Positions 55,901 to 64,000 of a stretch of DNA of 64,000 bases are shown one piece after another. This stretch comes from a virus, in the IMG/VR virus record IMGVR_UViG_3300046787_000129, positions 1 through 64,000 of that record; one strand, 5' to 3'. Below the pieces are notes generated by a model. That model saw only the letters and a program-made list of their open reading frames with translations, was not told where the DNA came from and searched no databases. Both the position numbers and the translations under genes were made by a program. How positions within the stretch are numbered: position 1 is the first letter of the stretch; every line of letters starts with the position of its first letter.

Positions 55901-57088
55901 GAAGCAAACAAGAAGAACGCAGACGCTATACTAAAGGCTAACCAGGAAATTCAGGACCTACAGACTGGTGCTGGAAAGACTACTGGTTTGAACCAGTACA
56001 CAAGCGGCCTAAGCAAGCTTCAGTTTGCAGAAGATGCCATTAACAAGAGATACGACGAACGTGCCAAGGCTCTTGACAAGGTTGCTACAATTAATCAAAG
56101 AATTAATGAGCAGCAAAAGGGTCAGTTATCTCTTGCCCAGGCTTTGGCTTCTGGGGATATAGCTGCAGCTGCCCAAGCAGCAGAAAACATGAATGCTCAA
56201 AATGCAACAGCTGCCATGGCAGATCAGAAGACAAACCTTGATGCAGCTAAGCAAAAAGAGCTTGATAAGCAGGTAGTCAATGTAAACGGCAAGCTTATGA
56301 CTAGAAAAGAAATTGATGAAGCCTCTAAGGTAATTCAGGAAAGAATTCTAGACATACAGATTAAGCAGCTAGATCCTGCACAGACTGCTCTAGACCTTGC
56401 TACACGTGCAAGAGACAAGAGCCTAAAGGCACTAACTGACCAGAAGGCAGATTGGGATGCTTGGAAGCTAAGTGTCGAGGCAGCAACTACAAGCTTGGCC
56501 AAGTACAACAAGGCTCTCGCAGATGCTGGGCCACAGGCCAAGAATGCGGAAGCAGAAGCCAAGGGGCTTACGGCTACAAAGGCACCAACAACTGCTCCTG
56601 GTCCAGGATCTCCAGCACTGTACAAGAGCTGGAAGGCCGCAGGATCTCCAGATCCAAAGAGATCACCAGACTCATTCTCTAAGTGGGCAGACTCAACCAT
56701 AATCTACAAGTCTATGGGTGGAATGATTCCTAACTACTATGCTGCTGGAGGTTTTGCAAAGGGGACAGACACTGTTCCAGCCATGCTTACTCCAGGCGAG
56801 TTTGTTGTTCGCAAGTTTGCGGTAGACAACTTCGGTGTAGATAAGCTAAATGCCATTAACTCTGGACAGTCTATCGGCACCGATACAGGTAACATACTGA
56901 CTGCTGTAACCTCTAACACTGGGGTATCAACAAGTTCTTCTGCATACACCGACGCTTCAGTGTATAATTATAATGTCAATGTAAATGTTAAGACAGACTC
57001 TAACCCAGACCAGATTGCAAGTGCTGTGGTTACAAGGATTAACCAGGCATCTGGACAGAATATAAGAGGAAACAGATTCTATGGCTAG
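49925..57088 (+). CDS. tape measure protein
   Basis: 2387 aa Ala-rich; TP901-type core; two A.GG...GT.D..PA.L..GE.V motifs. Confidence 0.93.
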   Translation: MADIQSNINVNIDTTNALASIKALQSQISAFHTSMARGGAQATSSLAQQQQKLLDGINATGKFSAQVQNIKTTTESFTTALEKNKLSLGQYFKYSVASTKSFGSMFKTEMNVVEKVARERVKSLQTQYINLGRDANGALKAISIRPLLLDLDNMQTKTALAAQKQQILNQLLHQGSTNLLNFGKNTQWAGRQLMVGFTIPLSMAGTAAAKAYMDMEKAAIKIKRVYGDLNTSVKETNQAVDAIKSLAAEYTKYGIAVADTMEMAASAAAMGKTGADLLAQVNQATRLAALGGVEQAQALETTISLTSAFGLSTEMLASKINYLNAVENQTVTSIEDLTIAIPKAGPVVKQLGGDVEDLAFFLTAMREGGINASEGANALKSGLAALINPTGKASEMLAGFGINIKAIVEGNKGDLKKTVIDFATALNTIDPLNRARAIEQMFGKFQFARISTLLQNVTASGSQASKALALANMSSIQLAAMSRKELDRISASPMYKFQKAIADLQVKIAPVGEAFLKAVTPIIGFVSKMLDGFNGMSDQFKNFTVIGVAVLGGLAPVLLMVVGLVANGAANILKFLTQIKSFFNKTSAGQKDLGSSTSYLTTEQIKAEAVAASLDQIHGKLKQTFTSEAGAVDSLTGAYQRYLAATGKYSAPAAKAAPGLFTPVVSKAKGFATGGMVRGPGSGTSDSIPANLSNGEAVIDAETVEKNPAIIAALFAGKTISIPGYSRNNSRDIASSRDYAKFRTYTDATSGLSSGANSALNTGTASPSDIAREYTTSPTRIQGPLIAAVASELTGANTQSQIDQAIKNNPEILSYAKSLSLGIASEVSKITAKTMGDPEYTGAVAKARADIKASPEIAAASEKFFTEPSTYEDDTIERKRSSGRYVAAGREKLRAMGARYTALFKRGMRVAKNLNVDEPQLVDPSAAHMTSPRDMSVSEMDESGMMLGENAQAARDRKAKNEKLVYKQGQSKTKVTVPASASQAQKDDALSAAGVVMADKSLETIGSAAKSRAAIQSPSKEMAKIGEDLAEGAIEGMKSKAKESKTAGKTIYDASGLTSVKAALASGPKMLGPAGAAQVDSYPSPKTQSERVAAVKSPRAASPFMQDVRASAQNAMPRLRVAKQEFVDDMKGAFAQLKNLFRNGGKDMVDATKSGLIQETPRLRVAGKEAGFDYVTALKGGNGSIAAVVTAGNQKIVSAALKEYSEGGFRIAGAVSLGLDKGIAGSVAKGIIAGEKLADSVTDGVIKRSRKQKNLPMGSQGPLEEGGTRGNVFQRAKASAAEKASAAKAGYNKLNSKINISSDGSGTFAKVGAAATTAAFALSGMPGPIGETVSKLLPFMGIMTAVSGIMSMFNLQVVNGAIALGAFSLPIIPLTAAIAGLAIVIAGVIWWMNAVNDAKKEELAQINNTTTAQKNAAKSIAELGKLAGITPGQSRGEIAKTALAAGIGTKQASDVNILLESEEFKDPESAINKMISGIKGMSNVAAKDFLATYANQLKGFGFDDKTIESILNAIKIKANKTDLKLDFASVDINTKKGQAQVSEGIKNALAGVSDQDAKDVAAKKSVAANPVIGQDGNGNDIYLSDIKKNRAKNAAIVEDPTKKGTAEYDAAKKQLAEQDKTIAAQKVIADNSMKVINKDTKVAKTNAALKEGATAVTTTIDSALSQFSAKTMTKANFDKTIKATIAGLKSGKAAAATMGAALKGLGPAATAGGSKIAGLTAKTLANGTAFDTTKAQVELYAIVAGNPEIGDKLLQDIAKIDTTAAGAAQQIQNLINVAKGGSISTSAGVTNPEIVTDTTGGGDGGSDPAQLLKDTKAAVQSNIMSINLMKKGYNAEFIASIAGADAATQKYYTTMKNGIPVLNAQGRALLAAYNTKAISDFLIAQKQLVAGAAMELSARKTLSAAGLDEETVKEMAARADVQAALAAAKAAVGKNAQAKAIKSVVDGLKAEKAAADSLSTTVAQDKFQKTYDTGTKYLDIQSSIINNDFERNEANKKNADAILKANQEIQDLQTGAGKTTGLNQYTSGLSKLQFAEDAINKRYDERAKALDKVATINQRINEQQKGQLSLAQALASGDIAAAAQAAENMNAQNATAAMADQKTNLDAAKQKELDKQVVNVNGKLMTRKEIDEASKVIQERILDIQIKQLDPAQTALDLATRARDKSLKALTDQKADWDAWKLSVEAATTSLAKYNKALADAGPQAKNAEAEAKGLTATKAPTTAPGPGSPALYKSWKAAGSPDPKRSPDSFSKWADSTIIYKSMGGMIPNYYAAGGFAKGTDTVPAMLTPGEFVVRKFAVDNFGVDKLNAINSGQSIGTDTGNILTAVTSNTGVSTSSSAYTDASVYNYNVNVNVKTDSNPDQIASAVVTRINQASGQNIRGNRFYG

Positions 57089-57740
57089 TAACCAGTATAT
57101 ATCTAATAAGAAGAGATTTCAAAGACCACAGGCTATTCTTTGGGCAAACAACCCTGGAACCCTTGTAAATGGAACATACTCTCCAGACGGATATGAGGTT
57201 GGAACTAACCTTTCACAATCTGGAGGTAGCTCACTTGAAAATAGCTTCCTGATTTTATCTGACCATAATAGAGGACCTTTAGAGTTTAAACCAACAAGGA
57301 TAGATAAGAAAGAGCGTATGATCAATGGCCGTATGCGTTCATATCACATTGCAGACAAGCTAACCCTGTCAACCTCTTGGACAATGCTTCCTTCAAGGTC
57401 ATACGCTGAATTCCCAGACTTTGACTCTACCACTGGATTATCCCTGCTAGCAGGAAAGTCTGGAAGTTTCACATCTGCTGACTCAGAGTACACTGCAGAT
57501 GGTGGGGCAGGTGGAGTTGACATTCTTAACTGGTATGAAAATCACCAAGGTCCATTCTGGGTATACCTAGCCTACGATAGACTAGATAACTTTGAAGACG
57601 CTACAAACCAGTACAACCGACTTAATCAATACAATCAGATTGTAGAAATGTACATCTCTGACATCAGCTATAGCGTAGAGAGTCGTTCTAATAATCGTGG
57701 AGATCTCTGGAATATTTCGGTTACCCTGGAAGAGGCATAA
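57081..57740 (+). CDS. distal tail (Dit-like) protein
   Basis: Follows TMP; RMINGRMR...W...WNISVTLEE. Confidence 0.7.
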   Translation: MASNQYISNKKRFQRPQAILWANNPGTLVNGTYSPDGYEVGTNLSQSGGSSLENSFLILSDHNRGPLEFKPTRIDKKERMINGRMRSYHIADKLTLSTSWTMLPSRSYAEFPDFDSTTGLSLLAGKSGSFTSADSEYTADGGAGGVDILNWYENHQGPFWVYLAYDRLDNFEDATNQYNRLNQYNQIVEMYISDISYSVESRSNNRGDLWNISVTLEEA

Positions 57741-60700
57741 TGTTTTCCAACCTAGAATTAAGACAACACCTATCTTCTTCTTCAACGGTAAAGTCCCAGT
57801 CAGTAATCATCTCTGAATGGAACATGAACCTACTAGACAACATAGTAGCCATTGGAAATTATAGATACAGGAAGAACACTGCTGGCAAGTATTCATCAAT
57901 TCCAAACGTATTCGATGCCAACGATTCTGGAAACTACTATACAGACGCTACATACTCAGACATAACTGTAGATGGCGGACTAGATGATACCGATGATACG
58001 CCAGTTTTCTTTGTTAGCAAGAAGCAAAAAGAAGGCTTGCTATATTCTCTAGAGGATTGCTTTGGTAGAGTAAGGCCAAGATCTGGAATCAATAAGGCCA
58101 GGGTAGGAATAACAAAGTACCTGCACCACTCTAACATAGACATGTTTAATCGTCCTAGATACTACATGGCTGACAAGACAGATAAGTTTAAGTACTGGAC
58201 ATCGTTCAGAACAGAGTCTGGCAAGGAGTATGGAATTGCCAATAAGACCATAAATGGCAAACACTACATTGACGACGCAGCTCCTTTCGTAGTTTATAAA
58301 GAGCAAGTTCCAGTAAACAGGGTTGTAGTGAAGATGCAGACAAGTGTGGGAAACGTAAATCTTGGGCCATTCTCTACTCCTAGCGGTCAGATGGATGACC
58401 CATTCTTTGGATATCAAAATCAGACAACCCCTACCAGATGGAAGATTCAATCTCTAGACAACAAAAATAATTGGGTAGATCTAATTAAGTTTGACGAGAC
58501 ATCTAAGAGAAGAGACGGATCAGAAGTAATTGGACCAGATGGATACGTTGAGATCTCTTATGGACTAGTAGTTCCAAACCAGTTTAAAGATACCTTTGTG
58601 TTTAATGGAGAGGTAACCTCTGAACTCATATTGCCAACCGATAGCCACGACGGACACGCATACTTGGTCAAGACCAATTCTTCAGAGATCGGGACCATGT
58701 ACATTTGGTCTTCAGATAGATACCTAAAGTTTAAGCCAGTTTATAACTGGCAGCTAGAAGACTATGCAACAAGTCCAGCAACTCCATTTGTAACATCTAC
58801 AACGGTACACGACTCATTCTCCGAGCCAACTACAGGAAAGTCTAAGTTTAGAGAGTTTACCTTTATCTCTGGGCTAAGAGTTGTTGTAGATACAATGAAC
58901 AAGTCAGAGTCAACCTTTGACTTAATCGAGCTATCTCCAAGACTAGCGGTAGACATGTCTGGAAAGACTCAGAACTTTTCTGTAAAGAAGCCAGCTTCAG
59001 ATTTGGGTATTACTGGATTGCCAGTTGGACAACTTCTCGCAGGTACTGGATCGCTAACTTTGTTTGACTATGACCAATCATTCAATGTTAACAATGCGTA
59101 CGATGCCACAAGTAATCCAAATGGAAGCATCGTAGCCAAGTATACGGCTAGAAACATTCAGACAAAAATCTACGAAGTTATTTGTGACGTGTTTGGCAAA
59201 GATGTATTCGTGCCAATTAAGACCATGTATTCAGACGGATTCCCAACTATCAATAATACCGATAGAACGGTATCAATTAATCTAAGAGACCTATACTACT
59301 ACCTAGAGTCTACTACTGCCCCAGAACTTCTAATCCAGGATGTATCTTTATCTTATGCAGTATCTATTCTTCTAGACTCTATTGGATTTTCAAACTACGT
59401 ATTTAAGCGAGTAGAAGGAGAGAGCGATCCAATAATCCCATTCTTCTTTGTAAGTCCTAAGCAGTCTGTTGCCCAGGTTCTGCAGAGCTTGGCGGTATCC
59501 ACACAGACAGCAATGTTCCTAAATGAAGAGAACACCTTTGTACTCATGAGCAAGCAGTACCTGATGCCATCAGAAACCGACAGAGACGTTGACATGACTC
59601 TATTTGGATCTCAGGATACAGAAACCTATGACTACGATGGCGATGATAGATATTCTGTAATAAAGAATAAGAGAGCTGTAGGAAAGACAATAGCCAACAT
59701 TATAGATATTGCCTCACAGGATAACAATATTTACAACGATGGAAAGATTTCTTATACTACCAGATCTATTCAGAAGAGCTACGGGTCTCTAAAGCAGGCG
59801 TACCTTCTCGATGAGAACAAGACCTGGATATACAAGCCTGCAGTTCTCTGGGAAGTCTCTGGAAGCGGAAACACCAAGTCTATAAATGAAGAGGTAGGAA
59901 ACCAGGGTAAGTATAACCTTGCAGCAATACCACTAAATACAACACTATCCGATAGCCTACCAGAGGTAGTTAACGGAGTAGTCGTAAACAACATTATTGA
60001 TCTTGGTGAGGCAGTATACTGGATGCCAAGATACAATGGATACTTCTATGCAAATGGCGAAATCATCAAGTATGACGCTGTAGAGTATAACGTGGCATCT
60101 ATTGGAAATGTTTGGATTACAAGCATTCAGGACTACCAGAAGTACTTCTCAAAAATCTCTTTCAATGGAAAGATCTATCCAACTGGTAGAGTTAGAATCT
60201 ACTCAGAGCCAAACTACGAGACTTTAAATGGCGTAACCACTCTGAAGCTTGGAGCTGTTGCAAAGCACGGAAGAGCTCAATTTGGAACTACTATCACTAC
60301 TCACAACGCTGGAATAGCTAACAACTGGACAAGCTCTGACTATGTAGGTGGAGTTGATATGGAGTCAAAGTATCTAGTTAATCCAGCACTAACAGTCCCA
60401 TCAACTACACCTGGTGCTGCAGGAGTAAGCAAGTCCAAGGCTACAGAGGCTGCTCGCTCTGGAATCATCAAGAACTTCTTAAGTGAGTCATATTCTCAGG
60501 AGTCAGACATCCTTGAGGATGCAGAAAAAGATGGTAGAACGGTTCAGTCTTCTGCTCTAGTTATAACTGGACCACAGTTTAAGACAGACGAGTCTCCACA
60601 AGACTTTGTCTCATACGTCTACAAGCCACTTGCTCCAACCATAGTCATTTCTGCTGTATCTAAGACTGAGACTACGGTTACATACACAACATCCACAATA

Positions 60701-62335
60701 CACGGTATCCGTGTAGGGGAAAAGGTATCGATTACTGGAGTAAACCCAACAGCCTACAACCTATCTAATCAGGCTGTAACAGCTGTCACAGCAACAACCT
60801 TTACTGTTTCTAAGACCATCACTCCAGCATATGTATCTGGTGGTATGGCAAAGGTAACTAGTGCTGGCATATCATACAAGCACTTTGGAACCAGAATGAG
60901 AGTTGTCGGTAAGATTGAGAACGACAAGAATAAGGTTCAGACAGCTGCTGGTGCCACACCAATGTACACTATTGTTCCAGCAACTGCAGATGCTCCAATC
61001 ACCATCTCTGGTGGTGGAGGTGGTGTAGCGGTATTGCTAAACCCATCTACAAACGAGGGGTACTACTTTGAGATCACTGCACTATCAGAAGCCAATATGG
61101 AGCAGTACGATAAGGCAGAGAATGTAAAGAACATCATGTTCTACAAGATTCAGAAGAACGCATCATCTAACAAGGCTGTTCCTCTATTCCTCAACCAGGC
61201 TGGAACAAAAGATCCTTGGGTAGGTGGGCTAACCCAGATACTTGTTGACGACGGTAGATTTACTGGACAGTCAAGAGTTGTATCCACTGAGAAGAATACT
61301 GTATATGATATCTCTGTAGAGTATCAGGATATTGGATCTATCAGAAGGTTCTTTCTTTATATAAATAACAATCAGGTTGCAACCCTAGACGACCTAAGTC
61401 CTCTACCAGTTTATAATAACATGGCACTATTCGTTCGTGGTGGGTCTAAGTGTATGTTCGAGAACATCTACGCTTTGGCTGGTAACTATTCTAACAATAG
61501 CAACTACGCACTAGAGCCAGTAACCAGCTCTGCATTCGGTGATCCAAGCCTAAGTGCGAATGAGTCATTCAGAAAGTATGCCGTGAGTGGAATGATTCAG
61601 TCAACCTATCTTTCGGGGGTAAGTGCTACTGAGCCACCAAAGCATAACCTATACTATGAAGAGTTCGGAACTATCATGAGAGAGGCATCATACTTTAATG
61701 TTAAGTACGACAAAGCCTATCCAGCACTTTATGCAAAGATTGCTCCAACATTCAACAGCATTAGAGGCTATACTGTATCAGGTTTCCACGGTGGATCATA
61801 CGGGGCAGAGTTCCTAGTGTTCAATGCTACAGACTCATCTCTAAACCTAGATGAGACATCTGGAAACTACCTACGCATTTTGGGAATCACCTTTACACAG
61901 GCTTCTCAGAATGACTACACTGTTGACGACTACTTCTCTAAGAAGAGCGACTTCTCTAATCCAGAAATATCTACTGGGGTAGTTGCTGAGTCACCTCTCA
62001 AGGTAAAGAAAGACTTCTATGATGTAAAGAACTCTAGGTCTATGTATGGTAGAAACGAGTTCTCACTAGATGCAACCTATATTCAGAGCAGAGACTCCGC
62101 AACCGAAATGATGTCTTGGATTATTTCTAAGGTTATGAAGCCACGTAAGTCTATTGGTGTAAAGATATTTGCTAATCCAACCATTCAGCTTGGTGACCTT
62201 GTAAAGATCGACTATGTTAAAGATGGCGTATCGCAGCTATCAAATCCAGACACTAGGTTTGTAGTGTACAATATTGAGTACAGCAAGTCTAGCAACGGAC
62301 CAGAGATGACTGTTTATTTGAGTGAGGTAGTGTAG
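57740..62335 (+). CDS. baseplate hub / central tail-tip protein
   Basis: 1531 aa after Dit; C-terminal ANPTIQLGDLV. Confidence 0.7.
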   Translation: MFSNLELRQHLSSSSTVKSQSVIISEWNMNLLDNIVAIGNYRYRKNTAGKYSSIPNVFDANDSGNYYTDATYSDITVDGGLDDTDDTPVFFVSKKQKEGLLYSLEDCFGRVRPRSGINKARVGITKYLHHSNIDMFNRPRYYMADKTDKFKYWTSFRTESGKEYGIANKTINGKHYIDDAAPFVVYKEQVPVNRVVVKMQTSVGNVNLGPFSTPSGQMDDPFFGYQNQTTPTRWKIQSLDNKNNWVDLIKFDETSKRRDGSEVIGPDGYVEISYGLVVPNQFKDTFVFNGEVTSELILPTDSHDGHAYLVKTNSSEIGTMYIWSSDRYLKFKPVYNWQLEDYATSPATPFVTSTTVHDSFSEPTTGKSKFREFTFISGLRVVVDTMNKSESTFDLIELSPRLAVDMSGKTQNFSVKKPASDLGITGLPVGQLLAGTGSLTLFDYDQSFNVNNAYDATSNPNGSIVAKYTARNIQTKIYEVICDVFGKDVFVPIKTMYSDGFPTINNTDRTVSINLRDLYYYLESTTAPELLIQDVSLSYAVSILLDSIGFSNYVFKRVEGESDPIIPFFFVSPKQSVAQVLQSLAVSTQTAMFLNEENTFVLMSKQYLMPSETDRDVDMTLFGSQDTETYDYDGDDRYSVIKNKRAVGKTIANIIDIASQDNNIYNDGKISYTTRSIQKSYGSLKQAYLLDENKTWIYKPAVLWEVSGSGNTKSINEEVGNQGKYNLAAIPLNTTLSDSLPEVVNGVVVNNIIDLGEAVYWMPRYNGYFYANGEIIKYDAVEYNVASIGNVWITSIQDYQKYFSKISFNGKIYPTGRVRIYSEPNYETLNGVTTLKLGAVAKHGRAQFGTTITTHNAGIANNWTSSDYVGGVDMESKYLVNPALTVPSTTPGAAGVSKSKATEAARSGIIKNFLSESYSQESDILEDAEKDGRTVQSSALVITGPQFKTDESPQDFVSYVYKPLAPTIVISAVSKTETTVTYTTSTIHGIRVGEKVSITGVNPTAYNLSNQAVTAVTATTFTVSKTITPAYVSGGMAKVTSAGISYKHFGTRMRVVGKIENDKNKVQTAAGATPMYTIVPATADAPITISGGGGGVAVLLNPSTNEGYYFEITALSEANMEQYDKAENVKNIMFYKIQKNASSNKAVPLFLNQAGTKDPWVGGLTQILVDDGRFTGQSRVVSTEKNTVYDISVEYQDIGSIRRFFLYINNNQVATLDDLSPLPVYNNMALFVRGGSKCMFENIYALAGNYSNNSNYALEPVTSSAFGDPSLSANESFRKYAVSGMIQSTYLSGVSATEPPKHNLYYEEFGTIMREASYFNVKYDKAYPALYAKIAPTFNSIRGYTVSGFHGGSYGAEFLVFNATDSSLNLDETSGNYLRILGITFTQASQNDYTVDDYFSKKSDFSNPEISTGVVAESPLKVKKDFYDVKNSRSMYGRNEFSLDATYIQSRDSATEMMSWIISKVMKPRKSIGVKIFANPTIQLGDLVKIDYVKDGVSQLSNPDTRFVVYNIEYSKSSNGPEMTVYLSEVV

Positions 62336-62336
62336 C

Positions 62337-63203
62337 ATGGCTAGCAAGGGTATCCCTAATTTTGAAACAGTTGTGTCTGCAGCCTCAAAAGCCCAAGGAG
62401 CAGTCAGAGAAGCTGGAATGGCCACCGCTGGTGCTAAGGCAGCAGCCGCAGCAACTGCAACAGGTGCAACACGTGAAGCAGGTATGGCTGCTGCAGACAA
62501 AGCCGCAGCGGCAAGAGCAAAAGCCGCAGCAGACAAGGCTAGGGCAGATGCTGCAGCAAAAGCAAAAGCGGATCAACTTAAAAAGAACTTGGCTGCAAGA
62601 GCAAACGCAGCACCAGTGTTAATGAATGATGAGATTCTTTCTAGAAGCAAATTCCTACGGGCTGACACAGAAGCAACTCCGCCAAGCGGCAATCAGGCTG
62701 CTAGCGGCGTATCAAACGGTGGAAATGCAGGAGGCTCAGTATCTGCTGCAAACGTTGGAACGCCAACAAATTCTCCAGCAATCAAGGTAGCAACACCAGA
62801 CATCATAACCATTGATCAGGAAACGCTCCCTGCAGAGCTAATGACAAGTATGATCTTTGAGAACATTGGTGGGCAAGAACTCTTAAGCATATCAAGACAT
62901 GACCTGATTTCGGGTAGTAACATGGACTATCAAGCAATTAAAAACTTGAGAGATGTCTATCTAAATAACAATCCGCTAAACATAATCCCAATGCCAGACC
63001 TTTCTAATAACTATGCAAAGAACTTCCCAATAGTTTGGGAAAGCCACATTATAGAAGAGTTCTCCAGCTTAGACTCAACTCATATTTATCTGGACAATGC
63101 TAAGAAGGAACTGAACCTATTGGTTACAAACATGAAGCCAGGAGAGCAAGTTGAAGTCGAGATTCTGTCATCTGTTACGGGATATAACGCTACCAAGTTT
63201 TAA
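62337..63203 (+). CDS. tail-associated protein with Ala/Lys-rich N-terminus
   Basis: 288 aa. Confidence 0.6.
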   Translation: MASKGIPNFETVVSAASKAQGAVREAGMATAGAKAAAAATATGATREAGMAAADKAAAARAKAAADKARADAAAKAKADQLKKNLAARANAAPVLMNDEILSRSKFLRADTEATPPSGNQAASGVSNGGNAGGSVSAANVGTPTNSPAIKVATPDIITIDQETLPAELMTSMIFENIGGQELLSISRHDLISGSNMDYQAIKNLRDVYLNNNPLNIIPMPDLSNNYAKNFPIVWESHIIEEFSSLDSTHIYLDNAKKELNLLVTNMKPGEQVEVEILSSVTGYNATKF

Positions 63204-63227
63204 TGGTACAATAGACTAGGAGATAAG

Positions 63228-64000
63228 ATGATTACTAATACTGGCAAGAACATTCTTGCAAAATACTTAATTGGGCAGGCCCCATCATATGCCTCACACA
63301 TTGCTATTGGGTGTGGAGCAAAGCCTTTAGCATCCGACTATGTCTTTTCTAGTCCAGAGCTTACAGCATACTCAAACAAAAAGACCCTAGACTTTGAGAT
63401 GTTTAGAGCACCAATTGTATCTCGTGGATACGTTAACGAAAACGGTACCCCTAAGATTGTTCTCACAGCAGAACTACCAACAACAGAGAGATATGAGATA
63501 ACCGAGGTAGGGGTTTACTCATCTGGATCTAATCCATCTGCAGGAACAGCAGACAGCAAGGCAATCTACGTATTCTCTGAGAACGAGAACTGGGAGTACC
63601 ACGCAAGCTCATCACCAACAGCTATTCCAGTTATTGCAGAGCCCCTAGCAACAGTTGATGCACCTAGAATTATTGACCAGACTTCCCCAGTTTTTATTAC
63701 AAACTCTGATAACAAGACCCTGATGGACGAGACTAGAATACTTAGATATGAATCTCCTAGATACTTTAACAGAGGAATCTTTATTTCGGGGGACAATTCA
63801 TCTCTTCAGAACGCAACAGCCACAATTACTGGAGTTGTTGGAAACGGAACCACTGTCACATACACTACATCTACAAACCATGGAATTAGAGTTGGAGAAG
63901 CGGTAACCATATCTGGAGTAGACCCGTCAGCATATAACTATTCAGGTGCGACCCAAACAGTTACTGCCGTAACTCCAAAGACCTTCTCTCTAGCTAAGAC
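63228..64000 (+). CDS. tail/baseplate fibre-anchor protein (runs off window)
   Basis: MITNTGKNILAKYLIGQAPSYASHIAIGCG...ITEVGVYS; not in ORF track because there is no stop. Confidence 0.75.
   Translation, partial: MITNTGKNILAKYLIGQAPSYASHIAIGCGAKPLASDYVFSSPELTAYSNKKTLDFEMFRAPIVSRGYVNENGTPKIVLTAELPTTERYEITEVGVYSSGSNPSAGTADSKAIYVFSENENWEYHASSSPTAIPVIAEPLATVDAPRIIDQTSPVFITNSDNKTLMDETRILRYESPRYFNRGIFISGDNSSLQNATATITGVVGNGTTVTYTTSTNHGIRVGEAVTISGVDPSAYNYSGATQTVTAVTPKTFSLAK

Larger units (their letters stand above)
19411..63212 (+). promoter_or_regulatory. extended -10 (TGnTAWAMT-like) promoters before most structural gene units
   Basis: Near 19411, 19490, 23281, 25601, 26698, 28276, 31044, 34794, 36730, 40406, 45110, 48020, 49542, 63204. 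Confidence 0.7.

Noticed and set aside
42584-62622. Numerous antisense or out-of-frame ORFs overlapping structural genes (e.g. 42947..43600, 53503..54078)
   Set aside because: Shadow ORFs from codon bias, fully nested in well-supported genes
1-64000. tRNA/rRNA genes or alternative genetic code
   Set aside because: No cloverleaf noticed by eye (tRNAscan would be decisive); long ORFs are intact under code 11 and all three stop codons are used

Overview
64 kb of a large tailed dsDNA phage (long tape measure, siphovirus-like) that very probably infects an Actinobacterium. The host inference rests on an MSMEG_6728-like glycosylase, a PASTA domain, an NlpC/P60 lipoprotein, leaderless genes and actinobacterial regulator-like boxes. 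Layout: (1) 1-4.7 kb, + strand accessory genes including rtcB. (2) 4.7-5.65 kb, non-coding AT-rich block. (3) 5.7-17 kb, a - strand early/host-takeover-like region of about 40 small genes (DUF932, DUF7178-like, many Zn-finger microproteins), cut into cassettes by ten composite intergenic elements. (4) 17-19.5 kb, divergence and boundary region. (5) 19.5-40.4 kb, virion fibre and decoration genes: collagen-like fibres, three socket-plus-Cys-rich-adhesin pairs, a modification cluster and an NlpC/P60 moron. (6) 40.4-64 kb, portal, protease, major capsid, neck, tail tube, chaperones, tape measure, Dit and hub. The strongest unexplained signals are non-coding: 14 promoters of form TGTC-N12-TANNNT (the geometry of the host PafBC/RecA-NDp DNA-damage promoter); 8 perfect DnaA boxes; WhiA-like and MtrA/GlnR-like boxes phased to -35 hexamers; a TTGACA-N17-YCGRCC element; and an apparent RNA circuit (ACCCA boxes at early start codons, a UGGGU-loop antisense RNA, and a small hairpin RNA complementary to it). 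There is also a 3-copy pseudoknot motif and two adhesins with a mirror-symmetric 16-Cys insert. Motifs were read by eye and family names are from recall; no searches were run.
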